Origin: Syntrophorhabdaceae bacterium
GTDB taxonomy: Bacteria > Desulfobacterota > Syntrophorhabdia > Syntrophorhabdales > Syntrophorhabdaceae
Assembly (NCBI GenBank): GCA_963666485.2
Contig: CAXXUO010000001.1
Coordinates: 1,350,654 to 1,414,653 of the forward strand
Reading direction: 5' to 3'
Length of the DNA: 64,000 nt
Translations under genes and position numbers: made by a program
Notes under the pieces: generated by a model
The model's input: the letters and a program-made list of their open reading frames with translations, nothing else
What the model was told of the DNA's origin: nothing
The model's database searches: none
Shown here: in pieces, positions 48,768-59,311 of the stretch
Position numbering within the stretch: position 1 is the first letter of the stretch
Layout of the letters: every line of letters starts with the position of its first letter

Positions 48768-49820
48768 CTAATTCTTTTTATAACAGCCGTAGAATATTCC
48801 GTTCTCTATCTTTGGCTCTACGTTGCTTCCTCCACCCGAACCCCATGCCGTGCAGCCAGCCTGGAATTCATATTTGTTTGCGCCGCCGCACCGGGGGGAT
48901 TGTGATCCGTTCGATGTCGCACAGCAGAAATAACCTTTTGCATCGCACCGCATATATGATCCCATAACACCGGCACAGCTTGGCTGTCCCTGATATGTAT
49001 AACCCGGGAAATTCTTAGGCCCCGGGCAACCGGTCGACTGCTGCTGCGGTGGGGCTCCCGGCTGGGCGCAGGTCCCATTGCTGCAGTACTTCGATGTGCA
49101 TTCCGACGAGGCATGGCAGGGCCTCCCGATCGCCTGGTTGCCTGCCGAGCATGTTCCGCGGAGCCCGCCCGCGACCTGGCAATAACCACTGCTGCACTGC
49201 TGGTGCGTCGTGCAGAAATCGTTCGGCCTACCGGTCCCGTCCTGGGCGACGCATCCCGCCCCCTGCCGGTTGTCGCAGCGCTGGGAGACACACTCATTGT
49301 GTGATGAGCATGCGGTTCCCAGTGGTTTGCTGCTCGCAGCCGAGCATCTGCCAGCGATTTTGCCGGCAGCGACCGAGCACATCTGGCTGCGGCACTGTTG
49401 GTGCGTCGAACAAAAATCGTTCGCGTTACCAGTGCCGTCCTGCGGAACGCAGCCTGAACCCGGCCGGTTGTCACAACGCCGGGAGACACACTCGTTATGG
49501 GACGAGCAGGCGGCTCCGAGCGGTTTACTGCTCCCGCCGCACGTGCCTGTGATCTTGCCCGGGGTGATGCTGCACAACTGGCTGCTGCATTGCTGATGGG
49601 TCGTGCAGAATTCATTCGGCTTACCGGTTCCGTCCTGCGGAACGCAGCCTGCCTGTGCCCGGTTGTCGCAGCGCCCGGAAGTACACTCGTAATGCCCGGC
49701 ACATTTCGCACCCAACGGCTTCCCGGCAAATGACGGCGTTGCACACAGCATGATGCCGGCCAGCAACAAAAGAGACAGTATGAACGCTTTGCGATAATAA
49801 CGCTTCTTTGTAACTGCCAT
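48768..49820 (-). CDS. secreted Cys-rich repeat protein
   Basis: Signal peptide. Three ~66-aa repeats KPLG..C..H.EC.S.RCDNR...GCV.QDGTG..N.FC.THQQC.S..C, then a Cys-rich C-terminal domain. Confidence 0.8.
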   Translation of the reverse strand: MAVTKKRYYRKAFILSLLLLAGIMLCATPSFAGKPLGAKCAGHYECTSGRCDNRAQAGCVPQDGTGKPNEFCTTHQQCSSQLCSITPGKITGTCGGSSKPLGAACSSHNECVSRRCDNRPGSGCVPQDGTGNANDFCSTHQQCRSQMCSVAAGKIAGRCSAASSKPLGTACSSHNECVSQRCDNRQGAGCVAQDGTGRPNDFCTTHQQCSSGYCQVAGGLRGTCSAGNQAIGRPCHASSECTSKYCSNGTCAQPGAPPQQQSTGCPGPKNFPGYTYQGQPSCAGVMGSYMRCDAKGYFCCATSNGSQSPRCGGANKYEFQAGCTAWGSGGGSNVEPKIENGIFYGCYKKN

Positions 49821-49846
49821 TTCCCCTCCTTTAGAGTGACCGGACC

Positions 49847-51139
49847 TCAGGCCCGTCCGGTTCGCCCCAGCTTATCCTGGATGATATGAACTACTGTCGG
49901 GTCCACGAGTCCCATGCCTTCAAGGGAGATCTTGCTGAGATTGTGGATCGACTCCTCAGCAGATCTGCCCAGCACTCCTTCGTCAACCGAAAGGCCGTAA
50001 CCGGCGAGCGCCATGAAAGCGGAGCGCATGACGGTGTCCGCCCCACTCACGATCTTCATGGAACACCCCGACTTGGCACCGTCGCAAATTATTCCGCAGA
50101 GGTCGCCTACGACGTTGTCAATAGCATAGGTTATCTTCTGCATGTCGATGCCCGCCTGCTGGTAAACAACGGCGATGGCCGACGAAATACTCGCTGCTAT
50201 GGCGCACCCGCACAGGACGGACAGCTCGCCCGTAAAGCATTTTATGTATGAGTTGATCGCATGGCTGATTGCCACACTCTCCTCGATAACGTCGGGATCG
50301 ATCTTCCGGTCCATGCCGACAAGATACGGTCCAAGTATGGCCAGGGTCCCCTGATTGCCCGATCCGCCCGACGTCATGACGGGTTCCGCCATTCCGCCCA
50401 TGCGGGCGTCTATGGCTGACGCAACCCGGACCTTCACCCTGTAGAACAGGTCGTTGGAGAGCATGCCCTGGTCATGCATGTGCTGCAATTGATACCCGGT
50501 CCTTTTCATCGTAATGCCTTTTTCGGCTATCGACATGTTCATCTCGATACCCCGCCGGATGTAGGCGCGGTCGGAGTCGTCGAGTTTTATGACTTCCCGT
50601 ATCACATCCTCGACCTTCATCCCCCTCATGATATCGTGGTAATCCTTCTTTTTCGTTCCACCATGGGGATGGGTGTGAATTATAGATATCCCGTCCTTTT
50701 CAAGGCTGGTAATGTTCGTGTGCCCTTCAGAGACAACACACCGGACGTGAGAGCCGCCCCCGTAAGCGGACACTTCAATGTGAAAACCCTTTTCTTCTTC
50801 CCTGCATTCATATTCGAGAATGCCGTGGTTGAGTATTTCCCTTGCCCTTTCCAAAACCTCGGGGCTGACATCTTTCAGGATCTCGAGCCGCAGCCCGGAT
50901 TTGCCAATGACCGTTCCGAGGGCCGCGGCGATGGCGTTCCCTTTTTGGCCTCCACTATTGGGAATGGTCACGGCGGCGCCGTTTTTAAATGTTCCGGGAT
51001 CGACACTGAGTTTGATTTTTTCAACAGGGTGTGCAAGGCACTCCGCAGCTGCAGCCGCTGTATAGGCACAGGATATTGGCTCGGTACAACCGATGGCAGG
51101 AAACACCTCATTGGCAAAGATCTTCTTGAGCAGGTTCAT
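49847..51139 (-). CDS. L-cysteine desulfidase family (YhaM/CyuA, serine dehydratase alpha-like)
   Basis: PAIGCTEP, MTSGGSGNQG, LSVLCGC and GIICDGAKSGC. Confidence 0.88.
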   Translation of the reverse strand: MNLLKKIFANEVFPAIGCTEPISCAYTAAAAAECLAHPVEKIKLSVDPGTFKNGAAVTIPNSGGQKGNAIAAALGTVIGKSGLRLEILKDVSPEVLERAREILNHGILEYECREEEKGFHIEVSAYGGGSHVRCVVSEGHTNITSLEKDGISIIHTHPHGGTKKKDYHDIMRGMKVEDVIREVIKLDDSDRAYIRRGIEMNMSIAEKGITMKRTGYQLQHMHDQGMLSNDLFYRVKVRVASAIDARMGGMAEPVMTSGGSGNQGTLAILGPYLVGMDRKIDPDVIEESVAISHAINSYIKCFTGELSVLCGCAIAASISSAIAVVYQQAGIDMQKITYAIDNVVGDLCGIICDGAKSGCSMKIVSGADTVMRSAFMALAGYGLSVDEGVLGRSAEESIHNLSKISLEGMGLVDPTVVHIIQDKLGRTGRA

Positions 51140-51300
51140 GAGCACCCCGGTCTAATTTTGATCGTGAATATCGACATACTATCATCGGGCCCTAAGGCTG
51201 TCAATCGCTTAAGATTACGGTCAAAAGCGGGACCCAACAAATTCTTTTTCAATCACAACCCAAAATGATATAGTTAGGGAAACCCCATAAAAATCGGAGG

Positions 51301-52989
51301 ATGACCGTGATAGACGAGATGGTCAAGATCGCCCAGGCAAGCCCTGAGTTGCTGGTGTTCCTTGCTCTCGCAATAGGTTACTTGATCGGAAAGATAACGA
51401 TAAAGGGCTTCGGGCTCGGCACGACGGCGTCAGTCCTTATCGCTTCCATGGCCCTTGGCCAGATAACCGTCGAGGTGCCTGCCCTGCTGAAAAGCATCAG
51501 TTTCGCGCTTTTCGCGTTCTGTATCGGTTACCAGGTTGGCCCCCAGTTTTTTGGCTCGCTCAAGAAAGAAGGCCTCAACTACCTCTGGATAACACTTGTT
51601 GTTGCCGTTGCCGGGCTCGTTGTTGCCGTGGTCATGGGAAAGATCTTTCATTTTGATCCGGGCACAACAGCGGGATTGTTTGCGGGGGCAATGACGCAGT
51701 CGGCGGTGATCGGCACGGCCCAGGGGGCGGTGGCGCACCTGTCGCTTTCCGAACAGGCAAAAGCGGTCCTGAACGGCAACATCGCTGTCGCATACGCAAT
51801 AACCTATATATTCGGAACGGTGGGTGTCATCATATTCTTCAAGATGCTCCCCGGTTTTCTCCGGATCGATCTGAAGGGGGAAGCCAGGAAGCTGGAAGAA
51901 AAGATGGGAAGCCTGTCGAGCCTATCAAAGACTCCCGAACTTTTCCTCTGGTCGCGCCTGGTTGGCCTGCGCGCCTATCGCGTGACGCAGCCGGCCGCCA
52001 TTGGCAAAACGATCAGCGACATAGAAAAGAGCTTTCCCGTGAGGGTCAGCATCGAAAAAGTAAAGCGGGGCGAGGAAGTAAACAGCGCGGAACCCGGCCG
52101 TGTTCTTCAGAAGGATGATCTCCTGGTGATGACAGGAAACTATGAAGGCTTCGTCGTTGCGGCGGATATAATCGGGAATGAAGTTGACGTGTCAGGCATC
52201 GTAGAAATTGTGGGCGAATCCCTGGACGTCTGTCTCCTGAACCGCCAGTTTGTCGGGAAATCTCTTGCCGTACTGGCGCGTGAACGAGGAGCGCACGGCG
52301 TCTATCTGCGGAGAATAACGCGACAGGGCCGCGAGATCCCGATCACCATGGATACAGTTGTAGAAAAATGTGACGTGATTCAGCTTGTCGGCGCAAAAGA
52401 GACCGTGGAACAGGCTGCCAAGGACCTGGGCTATGCCGAGCGGCCTACGTCAGCGACAGACCTTATGATGGTGGGGATAGGCTGCGTCATCGGGACTCTC
52501 ATCGGGATGATCGTCATTCCCGTTATGGGGCTGCCCTTGACCCTGAGCACGGCAGGCGGGGTGGTTATCATAGGGCTTATAGCCGGATGGATGCGATCGG
52601 TCCATCCCACCTTCGGACAGATACCGGATGCCGGCCAATGGCTGCTCAATGACCTGGGGCTCAATATTTTCATTGCCTGTATTGGTCTCGCATCGGGAAA
52701 ACAGGCGATTGCCGCATTGCAGACAAGCGGCTTGAATGTTTTTCTTGCCGGCGTGGCGGTTGCCCTGGTCCCGATCGCAGTGGGGGCTCTCTTCGGAAAG
52801 ATTCTCCTCAAAATGAACCCGGTACTGCTCCTTGGCGCCCTGACGGGCGCTCGGGTCATTCCACCGGCCCTTGTCACGCTTCAGGAAGAAGCCGGGAGTT
52901 CCACCCTCACCCTCGGCTTCGCGGCGCCTTTCGCGTTTGCCAATGTCATCCTTACCATAATGGGAAGCATTATAGTCAACGTGATGTGA
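51301..52989 (+). CDS. aspT: aspartate:alanine antiporter family (YidE/YbjL) with TrkA-C domains
   Basis: GYQVGPQFF, GAMTQSAVIGTA and AVAYAITYIFG. Duplicated TM halves flank a soluble region. Confidence 0.85.
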   Translation: MTVIDEMVKIAQASPELLVFLALAIGYLIGKITIKGFGLGTTASVLIASMALGQITVEVPALLKSISFALFAFCIGYQVGPQFFGSLKKEGLNYLWITLVVAVAGLVVAVVMGKIFHFDPGTTAGLFAGAMTQSAVIGTAQGAVAHLSLSEQAKAVLNGNIAVAYAITYIFGTVGVIIFFKMLPGFLRIDLKGEARKLEEKMGSLSSLSKTPELFLWSRLVGLRAYRVTQPAAIGKTISDIEKSFPVRVSIEKVKRGEEVNSAEPGRVLQKDDLLVMTGNYEGFVVAADIIGNEVDVSGIVEIVGESLDVCLLNRQFVGKSLAVLARERGAHGVYLRRITRQGREIPITMDTVVEKCDVIQLVGAKETVEQAAKDLGYAERPTSATDLMMVGIGCVIGTLIGMIVIPVMGLPLTLSTAGGVVIIGLIAGWMRSVHPTFGQIPDAGQWLLNDLGLNIFIACIGLASGKQAIAALQTSGLNVFLAGVAVALVPIAVGALFGKILLKMNPVLLLGALTGARVIPPALVTLQEEAGSSTLTLGFAAPFAFANVILTIMGSIIVNVM

Positions 52990-53061
52990 TGTAGATGCCG
53001 CACATACCGTATAACGGCGCTTGACACATTCTTTTCCGGAAGGCTATTCTGAAACATACGC

Positions 53062-54282
53062 ATGATCGAACTGTTACGCCGCCTGGTGCTTCTGGCATGT
53101 TTCCTGACGGGCTTGGGACTCGCCTGGTATGCCTCGCTCGAACCGCTCGTCATCGTCAAGCCGGTGGAGGGGAAGAAGGCTGAGGACGCGGCATCCCGGG
53201 ATACAGGCAGCGGCCTCGGGTCCTCGCTGCTTGCGGAGGCGGACAGGGCCCGCCGAGCGCGCGACGACCGTATCGTTGTGGATGTCGAAGGACCCCAGTG
53301 GGGTTCTTTTTTCACATCCGTCGTTGCCGCGACCGAAGGCAAGCTGACATCGTACGAATGGAAAAGGAGGCTGCCTTCGGACAGTCATCCCATGGCGGTG
53401 CTTTTCTTTCGCCCCGATGAAAGCCCGATCAATGCCCTGGCAGGCTATTTTCGCCCCGGGGGCCCGCGATTCCTGGTCAGGTTTGGCCGGGAGGCCCGGG
53501 CCCGCTATCTCGAGATAGACTACCGGACATACTCGGATGAGTCTTTTCACTTCGGGAGCGGCTTGTCGAGCTATCCCCATCCTCCACGGTATCTTCTCTA
53601 TCCCTACCGCACCATGGGCCTCTGGGTGGTCCTTGCCGGGCTTCTCTTCTATTTCGTCCTTCCGACCGCAAAAAAACCGGCCGGCGCCCTGCGGTACACC
53701 CGGTGGCGCATATGTCTCGGCGACCTCGCGGGATATGCATTTACCATCATGCCCATCGCACTTCCCGTCCTCGTGGTCGGCGGCACCGTGCAGGGTCTGA
53801 CCCGCGGATGGCCCCTGCTTCTCCTTTTTGGGGCCATCATACCCCTCGGCATCTACTCACTCTATGTCTCAACGTGGCTTGCCAGTTTCCAGGTCCTGGC
53901 GCGGGACGCCGATCTTGAGATCGCAACCTTCCGGGGAAGGCGGTCATTCCGGTATTCCGACATGAATTTCTTCCAGCCGGTCATTTTCAGGCCGCCGCGC
54001 TGGCTCATTACCCTCTCCTGGATCATGGTGCTCGCCAGTGCCGGCGCCGCACAGGTCGGCGCAACAGGCCGCGCCGTTTTGCTCAGTTCCTCGGAAGCTT
54101 CGAGCATAGCGATCACGATGAAAACGGGGGGCACGGTCTTCATCAATATTTCCGACCAGATGGGTGGCACAGCGCTGGACGGCTTCGGCGCCTTATTGAA
54201 AAAACTTGAGGCGGAAGGTGTAAGAAAAATCAGGGACCCGAGGGAGGTACGCAGCCTCGGTTTCGAAACGGTGCGGATGTGA
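53062..54282 (+). CDS. membrane hypothetical protein
   Basis: 406-aa ORF with several TM segments and genome-typical codon usage. Confidence 0.65.
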   Translation: MIELLRRLVLLACFLTGLGLAWYASLEPLVIVKPVEGKKAEDAASRDTGSGLGSSLLAEADRARRARDDRIVVDVEGPQWGSFFTSVVAATEGKLTSYEWKRRLPSDSHPMAVLFFRPDESPINALAGYFRPGGPRFLVRFGREARARYLEIDYRTYSDESFHFGSGLSSYPHPPRYLLYPYRTMGLWVVLAGLLFYFVLPTAKKPAGALRYTRWRICLGDLAGYAFTIMPIALPVLVVGGTVQGLTRGWPLLLLFGAIIPLGIYSLYVSTWLASFQVLARDADLEIATFRGRRSFRYSDMNFFQPVIFRPPRWLITLSWIMVLASAGAAQVGATGRAVLLSSSEASSIAITMKTGGTVFINISDQMGGTALDGFGALLKKLEAEGVRKIRDPREVRSLGFETVRM

Positions 54283-54344
54283 AGCGAGCGCTCACGTTCT
54301 TCATGTAATTTTAATCGGGCAGTAGAATGGTATAATACTATCAG

Positions 54345-55070
54345 ATGATTCCCTTACCCTCTTTTTCAGTGAAGCTGGACATAGTGGATGTCGCGTATGT
54401 GACGTACCTGGTGCCTGAAGAGCGCCTGCGCCCCGCGGTCCCGGAAAATATCACATTTGCGATGACGCACGAGGGTAGAGCGTTTGTTTCCCTCGTCATG
54501 TTCCACAACAGGAATGTCCGGGCGTCCTTCTTTCCCTTCATCCGGTTCAATTATGACCAGTTGAACGTAAGGACGTACATAATCGACCCGGTCACGGGAA
54601 AAACGGCGGTATTCTTTCTCCACAGCGGCATAACATCGGGCATCATGTCGTCCGCGACGAAACTGTTGGGGATACCGTGGCCCGTCATATCTTTCGGGAT
54701 AAACGGCGGGCAGGAAAACAGCCAGGGAGGCTATAGCGCGGACGGTGAATGGGAAGGAGGGATCGCTATTAAATTGCAGGAGGTCCCGGAGCCCGATAGT
54801 TACGCTCCGTTTCGGAACATGAAGGAGGCGATCGAGTTCCTTGTAACCCCCACAGCCGGCTTCTACAAGGCCCCGGGCGGAGTCACCCGATTCGAAGTGC
54901 AGCATACTTTTGTCGTCCCGTCCGCCGGAAGGGCCGCAAGTGTCCATTTCCCCCTGCTTGAAAAATTGGGTTACCTGGGAAGCGAAGAACTTCAGCATCC
55001 TCACAACGTTCTCATCACGCGCCATGGCTTTTTCCGGGTCTTTCTGCCGCCCGAACTCATCCCTCTCTGA
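54345..55070 (+). CDS. DUF2071/YqjF family protein
   Basis: YLVPEERLRPAVP, QLNVRTY and AVFFL. Confidence 0.7.
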   Translation: MIPLPSFSVKLDIVDVAYVTYLVPEERLRPAVPENITFAMTHEGRAFVSLVMFHNRNVRASFFPFIRFNYDQLNVRTYIIDPVTGKTAVFFLHSGITSGIMSSATKLLGIPWPVISFGINGGQENSQGGYSADGEWEGGIAIKLQEVPEPDSYAPFRNMKEAIEFLVTPTAGFYKAPGGVTRFEVQHTFVVPSAGRAASVHFPLLEKLGYLGSEELQHPHNVLITRHGFFRVFLPPELIPL

Positions 55071-55087
55071 GGTACGAAGGAGGTCCT

Positions 55088-55555
55088 ATGCGAGCCGTTA
55101 TTGCAGGCTTTGTATCCGGTGCAGCCGCCGGCATCATAATGGGCATTATCTCCCATGCCCTCCACAAACTCCGCATATTCACGTCGAGCCTCATCGTCAT
55201 CGATGGTTCTTTTTTCTTCCGGACATTAGGAAAACAAGCCGGGCCCGGCACGGTCGCCGGCACCGGTCTCGTAATTCACCTCGTCACCAGCGGGGTCTTC
55301 GGCGCCATCTATTTCATCGCGACCGCCATTCTCGCGATCGCGCCCCGGGAAGCGGCCTCATCATATTCTCTCATCGGCCTTTACATCGGTATACTCTGGC
55401 TTTCCATGCTCTTCATCGCCCTTCCCGTAGCAGGCGAGGGTTTCCTCGGCCGGCGCTCCGGCAAACATTCCTGGTTTGAACAACTCTTGCTCCATATAAT
55501 CTTTTTCGTCTTTTATGTAATAATCGTCAGGTTGTCGGTAAACGGTACGCCCTAA
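55088..55555 (+). CDS. 4-TM membrane hypothetical protein
   Basis: RBS aaggagg, with conserved-looking His in IHLVTS and LLHIIF. Confidence 0.7.
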   Translation: MRAVIAGFVSGAAAGIIMGIISHALHKLRIFTSSLIVIDGSFFFRTLGKQAGPGTVAGTGLVIHLVTSGVFGAIYFIATAILAIAPREAASSYSLIGLYIGILWLSMLFIALPVAGEGFLGRRSGKHSWFEQLLLHIIFFVFYVIIVRLSVNGTP

Positions 55556-55652
55556 TTTTATAGTTGTCATTTAAACCGCCTTTAGAGAAAATGATTAAGA
55601 GAAGACTTTCAAATTGATCTCGACGTAAAGCTTGCTATCGGGGAAAGCGGAC

Positions 55653-56063
55653 ATGTTCACGATATTGAAAAAATATGAAAAGATAATGATCCAGGCGTTG
55701 ATGGTGATGATGGCTGTCGTGCTGGGGTTGGCCACACTCGACCTAGGCTGGCTCATCATCAAGGACATCGCGAAATCGCCGCTCTTTTTCCTGAGCATCG
55801 CCGATCTTCTCGATATATTCGGGCTTTTCATGCTCGTCCTGATCGGGATAGAACTCCTGGAAAGCATCATGAAGACGTACATAACGCAGGACCAGCCTCA
55901 TTATGAGGTCGTTCTGTCTGTCGCTATCATCGCGATTGCCCGCAAGGTAATAATCCTCGATGTAAAAGAAATGGACAGCATGAGCCTGATCGGTATTGCC
56001 GCTATCATTATCGCATTGACCGTCGGGTATTACCTGACGAAGAAAGCCCACGCCCGGGAGTAA
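55653..56063 (+). CDS. PsiE family membrane protein
   Basis: LDIFGLFMLVLIGIELLESI and VAIIAIARKVIILD. Confidence 0.85.
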   Translation: MFTILKKYEKIMIQALMVMMAVVLGLATLDLGWLIIKDIAKSPLFFLSIADLLDIFGLFMLVLIGIELLESIMKTYITQDQPHYEVVLSVAIIAIARKVIILDVKEMDSMSLIGIAAIIIALTVGYYLTKKAHARE

Positions 56064-56130
56064 GGCGGGTCAATTTCGGAAGACACCCCCGGCAATATCT
56101 TCTATTACCGTGTGACCATGAGGAGTTGCA

Positions 56131-56424
56131 ATGGCACTATTCATATGTACCCTGACAGGATTGGCCGTCGTCGTTCTTATCGCGTACCTGGCCATTCCCC
56201 TGGCCCACATGATCAAAAACAAGGGCAAGCCTCGTGACATAGCGGAAATGATGCACCCCGGCGACAAACAGCGTCAGTCCGATTTCAGAGACAAGGTCGC
56301 CTCCGACATCCTCCATAACAATCCGGAATTGACATACGAGTCCCCGGAGTTTCAAGAGCTTTACCGGCAGGAGATGGAGAGATTATTGAAGGAATACCAG
56401 AAGGCAGTTCCCCGGCCTGAGTGA
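56131..56424 (+). CDS. small membrane-anchored hypothetical protein
   Basis: RBS gaggag and an N-terminal TM helix. Confidence 0.55.
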   Translation: MALFICTLTGLAVVVLIAYLAIPLAHMIKNKGKPRDIAEMMHPGDKQRQSDFRDKVASDILHNNPELTYESPEFQELYRQEMERLLKEYQKAVPRPE

Positions 56425-56583
56425 TCCCATTGCCTGCGCGATGTTCACGGCGACAAGCATCGTCAAAAAAAGCGGGTAAAAATATCGTGCAAGGGACGTT
56501 GTTCCCTTTCCCCCTTTCTCAATTGCAGTTCTTTCCCGCAATGATTATTGGAAAGGAAACAACGTCCCGGGGTTGATTTCTTT

Positions 56584-57423
56584 CTACTTCTTGACCAGCT
56601 CAACCCGGCGGTTGGCGGCCCGGCCGTCCTCTGTGCGGTTATCCGCGACGGGCTTTTCCTGTCCCCAGCCGACCGTTTCCATCCGGTCCGCACGGATGCC
56701 GCCCGCGGCAACAGCCGATGCGACGGCCCTGGCCCGGTTGAGCGACAGGGTCTTATTGGCGGCAGCAGTGCCCTGGTTGTCCGTGTGGCCTTCGATAGAC
56801 ACCCTGAGGTTCGGCTGGCTCTTCATCAGGTCAATGATCTGTTGTACGAGCGGCATCGACTCGGGCTTGATGGTGGCCTTGTTTGTGTCAAAGTTGATCT
56901 GCAGCGAAATAAAGCCGTCCTTCTGCAGTTTTTCCCACATCAGGTTCGCCGTGATCTCCTGCTTCATGGCCTTTTCTTCCAGCACATCGACATACAGGCG
57001 GTAGCCCCCGCTGCCCGTGGTGACAACCGCATATACCGCGCCGCCGCCCTCGCGCGTGAATTTCAGCGCGGTGTAGCCCGGCCTGTCAACGAGGACCGTA
57101 CCGCCTTTCTGCCTGGCCGCGTTCTGGTAATTACGCATCACCTGCAGGTCGCTTGGCGCCGACGGTACATTGGCAGGTTTCTTGTATATATATTTGATCG
57201 TGGCCAGGTCCCCCTCCGGCCTGAGATTTCTCGGGGATTTTGGATCATTATCGACCTTGATGATCAGCTGGTCATATGTTTTCTTGCACTCATAGATCTC
57301 AAAGTTGCTCATGCGGTTGAACAGCGGATGGTCCGCGCAGCCCCTGGCATCCGCGGCAAACCCGGCACCGGCCGTGAGCAGTGACAACAGCACGAATAAT
57401 GCGATGCTTCCGATCAATTTCAT
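56584..57423 (-). CDS. OmpA family peptidoglycan-binding protein
   Basis: Signal peptide, DHPLFNRM, INFDTNKA, IEGHTDNQG, LSLNRA and GRAANRRVELV. Confidence 0.92.
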   Translation of the reverse strand: MKLIGSIALFVLLSLLTAGAGFAADARGCADHPLFNRMSNFEIYECKKTYDQLIIKVDNDPKSPRNLRPEGDLATIKYIYKKPANVPSAPSDLQVMRNYQNAARQKGGTVLVDRPGYTALKFTREGGGAVYAVVTTGSGGYRLYVDVLEEKAMKQEITANLMWEKLQKDGFISLQINFDTNKATIKPESMPLVQQIIDLMKSQPNLRVSIEGHTDNQGTAAANKTLSLNRARAVASAVAAGGIRADRMETVGWGQEKPVADNRTEDGRAANRRVELVKK

Positions 57424-57671
57424 TGCGACCCTCCATAAAAGTTATGATGAACCTGCGCTGAAATTATACCTTAATACATTTTTGTCTCAAAAATCTACAG
57501 GTCGACGCGCGTGTCATTCAATAACGTATTAGCGGGCCATGCTGCAAAATTGTAATGTTGCGGGAGAATAGTTATGGCAAGGGCGGCCAGGCGCAGGATG
57601 CCAGAGGCGCAGGACTGTCATATATTGTACGCAGATACAATAGAATAGGATCGTATACAGCTGAAACAGTC

Positions 57672-58175
57672 TTATTTCAGGGATACCCCCAGGCCCTCGA
57701 GGATCTCCCGCATATGATTGACATGAAACCGCATGTGAGACTCTCCCAATGTTGCGATCAAGCTTTCCAGTGTCGGATACTCGCCCAGCGGCGAATCTTT
57801 GAGTGCGGGAATGTGCGCCTTCCTGTCCAGTTGATCACCTGATAAGCCCGCAGCAAACTGAGAAATCCCGTCAAACTCCTTCACGACCTCCGAGAGCATT
57901 TCAGCGAAAGTCATCCCGACCCGCTTTTCGGAGAAATACGGGTTCCCGGGTTCAAGCTTCAGCGTGGGCGTGTCCTGGTCGAGATACGCCTGCAACATTG
58001 GTAACCGCCCCGATCTTTCAGGTCCCCAGAGATGCGAAAGGACCTCTTTCGGTGACCACCTTCCCTCCGGCGCACGGGAAGCCACACTCTCGTCGACCCC
58101 TCCACACACTTTCTTCAGCTCCTCAAGCGCAGCCTGAATGCCCTGCGCCAGTTGTACCCCTGTCAACGTCGCCAT
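57672..58175 (-). CDS. DinB family protein
   Basis: [12 protein letters not shown] ... HMRFHVNHM. Start at 58175 after RBS ggaggga. Confidence 0.8.
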   Translation of the reverse strand: MATLTGVQLAQGIQAALEELKKVCGGVDESVASRAPEGRWSPKEVLSHLWGPERSGRLPMLQAYLDQDTPTLKLEPGNPYFSEKRVGMTFAEMLSEVVKEFDGISQFAAGLSGDQLDRKAHIPALKDSPLGEYPTLESLIATLGESHMRFHVNHMREILEGLGVSLK

Positions 58176-58383
58176 ATATTTCCCTCCTTCCGCCTCGACT
58201 CTATGCCATACCGGGAACTTAATCACTCCCTCCATTCTTGGGAAGAAGTTACGGCACCCACCCTTCACGAGCCCACCAGTATGCTTGTTTTGTAGGATCT
58301 CCCCCTACCATTTAACGACAAGCGCTCGACCAAACGAAAGGGCAGAGTGCCCTGACATTGTGTTCCGGAACGCTTCAGCTTTT

Positions 58384-58502
58384 CTCGGCGAAGCCGACGG
58401 AAGTGCCGGCTGATCGGGGTCGGCTCCGCGATCAGCCGGCAAAACCTTTTCTCCTCCGCCGTTCTCCGCGTCCTCTGTGTCCTCGAGCGAAGCGGGCGAG
58501 AG
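58384..58502 (-). repeat. partial copy E of the palindrome-rich element
   Basis: ctcggcgaagccgacggaagtgccggctgatc...gatcagccggcaaa...gagcgaagcgggcgagag. Confidence 0.8.
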
Positions 58503-58550
58503 AAGTCGTATCCTTCCCCCTTTTTTATTGTACTGACGACATCCGTTGTT

Positions 58551-58937
58551 CTACGGGGAGTTAATGATTCTGACGATTCCTTCTCTGAGTAACGGGACAT
58601 TGAAATTGATCAACAGCCCCAAGCTCTTCCTGGCAAGTCTCAAATATGTCAAAAGTTGTTTTTTATGGACCGCCTTTATCTCCTCGACCGATTTCAGTTC
58701 GACCACAATGCAGTCTTCCACCAATAAGTCCAGCTTGAAAAGATCATCGAGAGCCTGTCCGCCATACGTGATCTTCACAGGCGCCTCCTTCTGAACACGG
58801 ATTCCCATCAATCCCAGTTCGATAGCCATGCACGACTGATATACACTCTCCAACAGCCCCGGCCCGAGTTCATTATGCACATGTGTCGCCGCCTTTATAA
58901 CTTTCGACGAGAGATTATTAACTTCCATCATATCCAT
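58551..58937 (-). CDS. GxxExxY protein (predicted PD-(D/E)XK nuclease fold)
   Basis: VHNELGPGLLESVY, DLLVEDCIVVELKSV, HKKQLLTYLRL and GLLINFN. Confidence 0.93.
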   Translation of the reverse strand: MDMMEVNNLSSKVIKAATHVHNELGPGLLESVYQSCMAIELGLMGIRVQKEAPVKITYGGQALDDLFKLDLLVEDCIVVELKSVEEIKAVHKKQLLTYLRLARKSLGLLINFNVPLLREGIVRIINSP

Positions 58938-58997
58938 TTGATGCGATATTACTTTTTGTAGGTAGATTTTGTCCCGAGAACCGAAAGAAAAGCCTCT

Positions 58998-59299
58998 CTC
59001 TCGCCCGCTCGTTCCTCGCTCGAGCCCTCAGAGTTCGCGGAGAACTGCGGAGGCCGCGGGAACCCGGAGCCGACCAGGTTCCCGCGGCATCTTCGATCGC
59101 CTTACGGCGATAGGTAATACCTACCAGTTGCCGTCCAAAATGTAATTACCGAGCAACCAGCACAACTTCGCTCCTCTTTTCTCGGCGAAGCCGACGGAAG
59201 TGCCGGCTGATCGTGGTCGGCTCCGCGATCAGCCGGCAAAGTCTTTTCTCCTTCGCAGTTCTCCGTGCCCTCCGCGCCCTTGAGCGAAGCGGGCGAGAG
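58998..59299 (-). repeat. ~300-bp palindrome-rich element, copy C
   Basis: Same termini as copies A/B with a different core. Near-identical direct copy at 60307-60607. Confidence 0.88.
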
Positions 59300-59311
59300 A
59301 AGCCTTTTAGC

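Noticed and set aside
36844..49820. Classical integron
   Set aside because: No intI gene, no attC sites that I could recognise, and genes lie in both orientations. The boundaries are tRNA-derived instead.
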